Made by a program: the position numbers and the translations under genes | Part shown: positions 61,686 through 64,000 of the stretch, piece after piece | Layout: every line of letters begins with the position of its first letter | How positions within the stretch are numbered: the first letter of the stretch is position 1 | Assembly (NCBI GenBank): GCA_903813345.2 | Contig: CAIIXF020000001.1 | Span: 5,890,001 to 5,954,000, forward strand | Source: Owenia fusiformis | Lineage: Eukaryota | Direction: 5' to 3' | Length of the DNA: 64,000 nucleotides | Notes under the pieces: model-generated | Seen by the model: the letters and a program-made list of their open reading frames with translations, nothing else | Database searches by the model: none | Told to the model about the DNA's origin: nothing

Positions 61686-62329
61686 ACAGAATGGGGACAG
61701 ACAGACAGATTGACACAAGGACAGATGGACTGAATGATAATGGGACAGATTGAGAGAGTGACACAAATGGACCGAATGAACAAAACAGCATAGGGACTAA
61801 TGGGAAGAATGACATGGGTACAGTTCGAGAGAACAACATAGGGTCAGGCGAAGAGAATGACATTGAGACAGATGCACAAATGAACATTGGAAGGGGAGGA
61901 CAGAATGACATGGGAGAAGATGGCCAAAGTTATACTGGGCCAGTAATACAGAACAACAGGGGTACAGCAGAACAGAACAACATGGAGATAGACAAAGTGA
62001 ATGAGTTGGAGACAGATGGACAGAACAAAAAGCAGAATGAGATCTCAAATTTGAGAACAAACACACGAATTAAACGGGAATACACCATTTATGGGAGTTC
62101 AGACACACAGTGGTATGAAGGTAAGTGGAAAAGGTTGTCAAGAGACTCAAGATTGATAATATTTCTATCCTTTATATTTCAAAAAGTCTGACAGGATATA
62201 CAGCATGATTTCATTCTTCCATCGATGTTCGAAATGAGTATTGGCCACAAATTTTATATCACTAGCCTTGTTCTGACTTTATATTTAAGAGATTTGAGTT
62301 TCAACCTTTGGTTGTCCTTCAGTCACAAT

Positions 62330-63510
62330 CAAAATGTCAAAAAAAGTTTTTTCAAATTGATTTTTGGATCCAAATTAAATCTTCCTAAACACAAAGTACC
62401 TACTGAGGTCTGAAAAAGTAAAATCATCAAGGTCAAAAGTTGAGGTTATCAAACTTGATCACAAACATTGTCAGCAACATATTGGAGGTCAAAAAGGTAT
62501 TTTTAACTTGCCCAAATGTTTTTTCAATATCTGTATCACTTTTGAAACCATTCACATGTTAATGCCTTGTTTGCCATTTTCTTGTTAAAACTCTTTAAAT
62601 GTCGTAAAGCCGTATTTTGCTTTAAGTAAGCAACACTTGCAACTTGCAAGTAGAAATATGTATGATGAGATATGATATAGTAGCAGTGGCTTTATTCGTA
62701 TTATGTTTCTATTTCCAGGCACAATAACCACACGGAAAAAGAAGTGCATAACAGTATCCTTGGATAATGGTGACGAGACATCAATGACCCTCAAACACGC
62801 AAATTATTGCCTAAAGCAAAATAATTTGGTTATAATAGACTGACTACAATAACTGCCAGATTCTAACTTTTTGCATATAAATGCCTTGTATAATATAAGT
62901 TCATTGCAAAATACAATGGTGGTGAAATAAGCATGGAAATACAAGAATAGCATTTGAACAACTTAAGAACTTCAGCCAGTGACTTTTTGCTTGTAAATGC
63001 CTTGTATATTACTGTAAGTTTATTAGTATTGTAAATATTGTATAATATATTGATGGTGAAATTAGCCTACAAATGTAAGAATAGCATTTTTACAACTTTC
63101 TAACAATTACCAGACTTTTTTCTGAAAATGATTTTTTAAATTGAAACCAGGTACTGACATTTTGTCATGTTAATGCCTTGTTACAACTTCGTAGCAATTA
63201 CCAGATGATGACTTTTTGTATGAAAATGCCTTGTTAATTATTGTTCAAGTTGTATTGTTCTTCAAAATTATTAAGGTGTTCTAAGAAGTTCAGATCTGAC
63301 CTTAGATGGGAGATTTGATATTCAATGACCTCAAGCTCAAATAAGTCCTTGATTCAAATTCACCAAATTTTTTCTCAGAAGTTTTTTACTTAGATTAGAT
63401 ATTTCACCTTGGTTGAAGTTTTTGGATCCATTTTTTTTTAAATTGAAACCAAGTGCTGACATTTTGTCATTTTGACAATTGCCAGATGATGACTTTTTGT
63501 ATGTAAATTA
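62330..63510 (-). mobile_element. Cluster of decayed fragments of the Helentron/pearl-like family
   Basis: Repeated atgttaatgccttgt / tgacattttgtcat, the reverse complement of the 49756 5' end. Another 5' end lies at ~56780-56900. Confidence 0.55.
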
Positions 63511-64000
63511 TAATGATGCATATGTTTATTGTACAATGTATTAGTCTTGAAATAGGCTCTGTATACAAATACAAGTATAGCATTTTGTATTTCCCATTTG
63601 TTGTAAAACTAAATGTCAAAAATAAACTAGATATGAGATATACATATTTGCAATTGGTTCTTTATTATTATTATTAGGAGTTTGATATTCATCATACAGA
63701 TATTTATACTAATATCTCCAAAATGTTGCAATTCATAATTGTGGATCAAAATCGCATATGCCCATCTTTAGGATTGAGGACTATTGTCTAATTGTAGACA
63801 TAAAAACTTACAAACGCTTATATGAAAAACAACTTGCATCAGTATTGCTTTGAAGTTTCATCAACCCCATACATCTTCATTTAACCTTTTTTAAAACTTT
63901 GACATAAGAAATGAAAAATGGCCGAAATGAATAGCTAGGCCTTTAAAAATTTGACGATTTGCATCATAATTTATGTATTGAATAATCTTACAATATTTGT

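Larger units (their letters stand above)
53561..62843 (+). pseudogene. Spliced gene for a 2xC2H2 zinc-finger + Tudor/SH3-like protein, disabled. Exons 53561-53574, 58644-58705, 58902-58991, 60204-60290, 60968-61053, 61273-62120, 62719-62843
   Basis: All introns are GT-AG and phases are consistent (2,1,1,1,0,1) once the 65-bp expansion is collapsed. Translation: MADSEETMNTKKRKRDRIHIS*QFEDRAYQKCKHCEF...HHVRKEH...CGIRGC...HVCVH...WYEGTITTRKKKCITVSLDNG...LVIID*. Lesions: TAA at 58693, TGA at 61751 and the 65-bp frameshifting array. Confidence 0.7.

Noticed and set aside
61211..62066. Minus-strand ORFs of 89-202 aa (Cys/Leu/Val-rich)
   Set aside because: These are antisense read-throughs of the 65-bp array and the purine-rich plus-strand exon.

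Overview
AT-rich, repeat-dense eukaryotic DNA with spliceosomal introns and a 500-N scaffold gap. The repeat types suggest a marine invertebrate, possibly a lophotrochozoan (inference). The only long intact coding sequence is a full-length ~6.1 kb non-LTR retrotransposon on the minus strand (~18873-25005). It has an intact ORF1 (coiled coil plus C-terminal RRM-like domain) and an intact ORF2 (APE endonuclease, RT with a VADD catalytic motif, CCHC knuckle). ORF2 is preceded by a signal-peptide-like hydrophobic leader, and the element ends in an (AAACAT)3 tail. On the plus strand at 53561-62843 I can assemble by hand a phase-consistent 7-exon gene (NLS, two C2H2 fingers, low-complexity linker, Tudor/SH3-like C-terminus). 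It is disabled by two in-frame stops and a 65-bp minisatellite expansion. The rest is mostly non-autonomous DNA transposons: Tc1/mariner fold-backs with TA TSDs, PIF/Harbinger MITEs with TWA TSDs, TTAA Kolobok-like pieces, Crypton-like palindromes and a Helentron/pearl-like element carrying a satellite array. There is also a CACGGTG-ended element with a 5-bp TSD, several CA...TG elements with 9-bp TSDs (including 59-bp and 28-bp micro-insertions), a decayed Penelope-like element, a 99-104-bp tandem array, a 440-bp direct duplication and probable decayed intronless GPCR remnants. I saw no rRNA, tRNA or CRISPR array.
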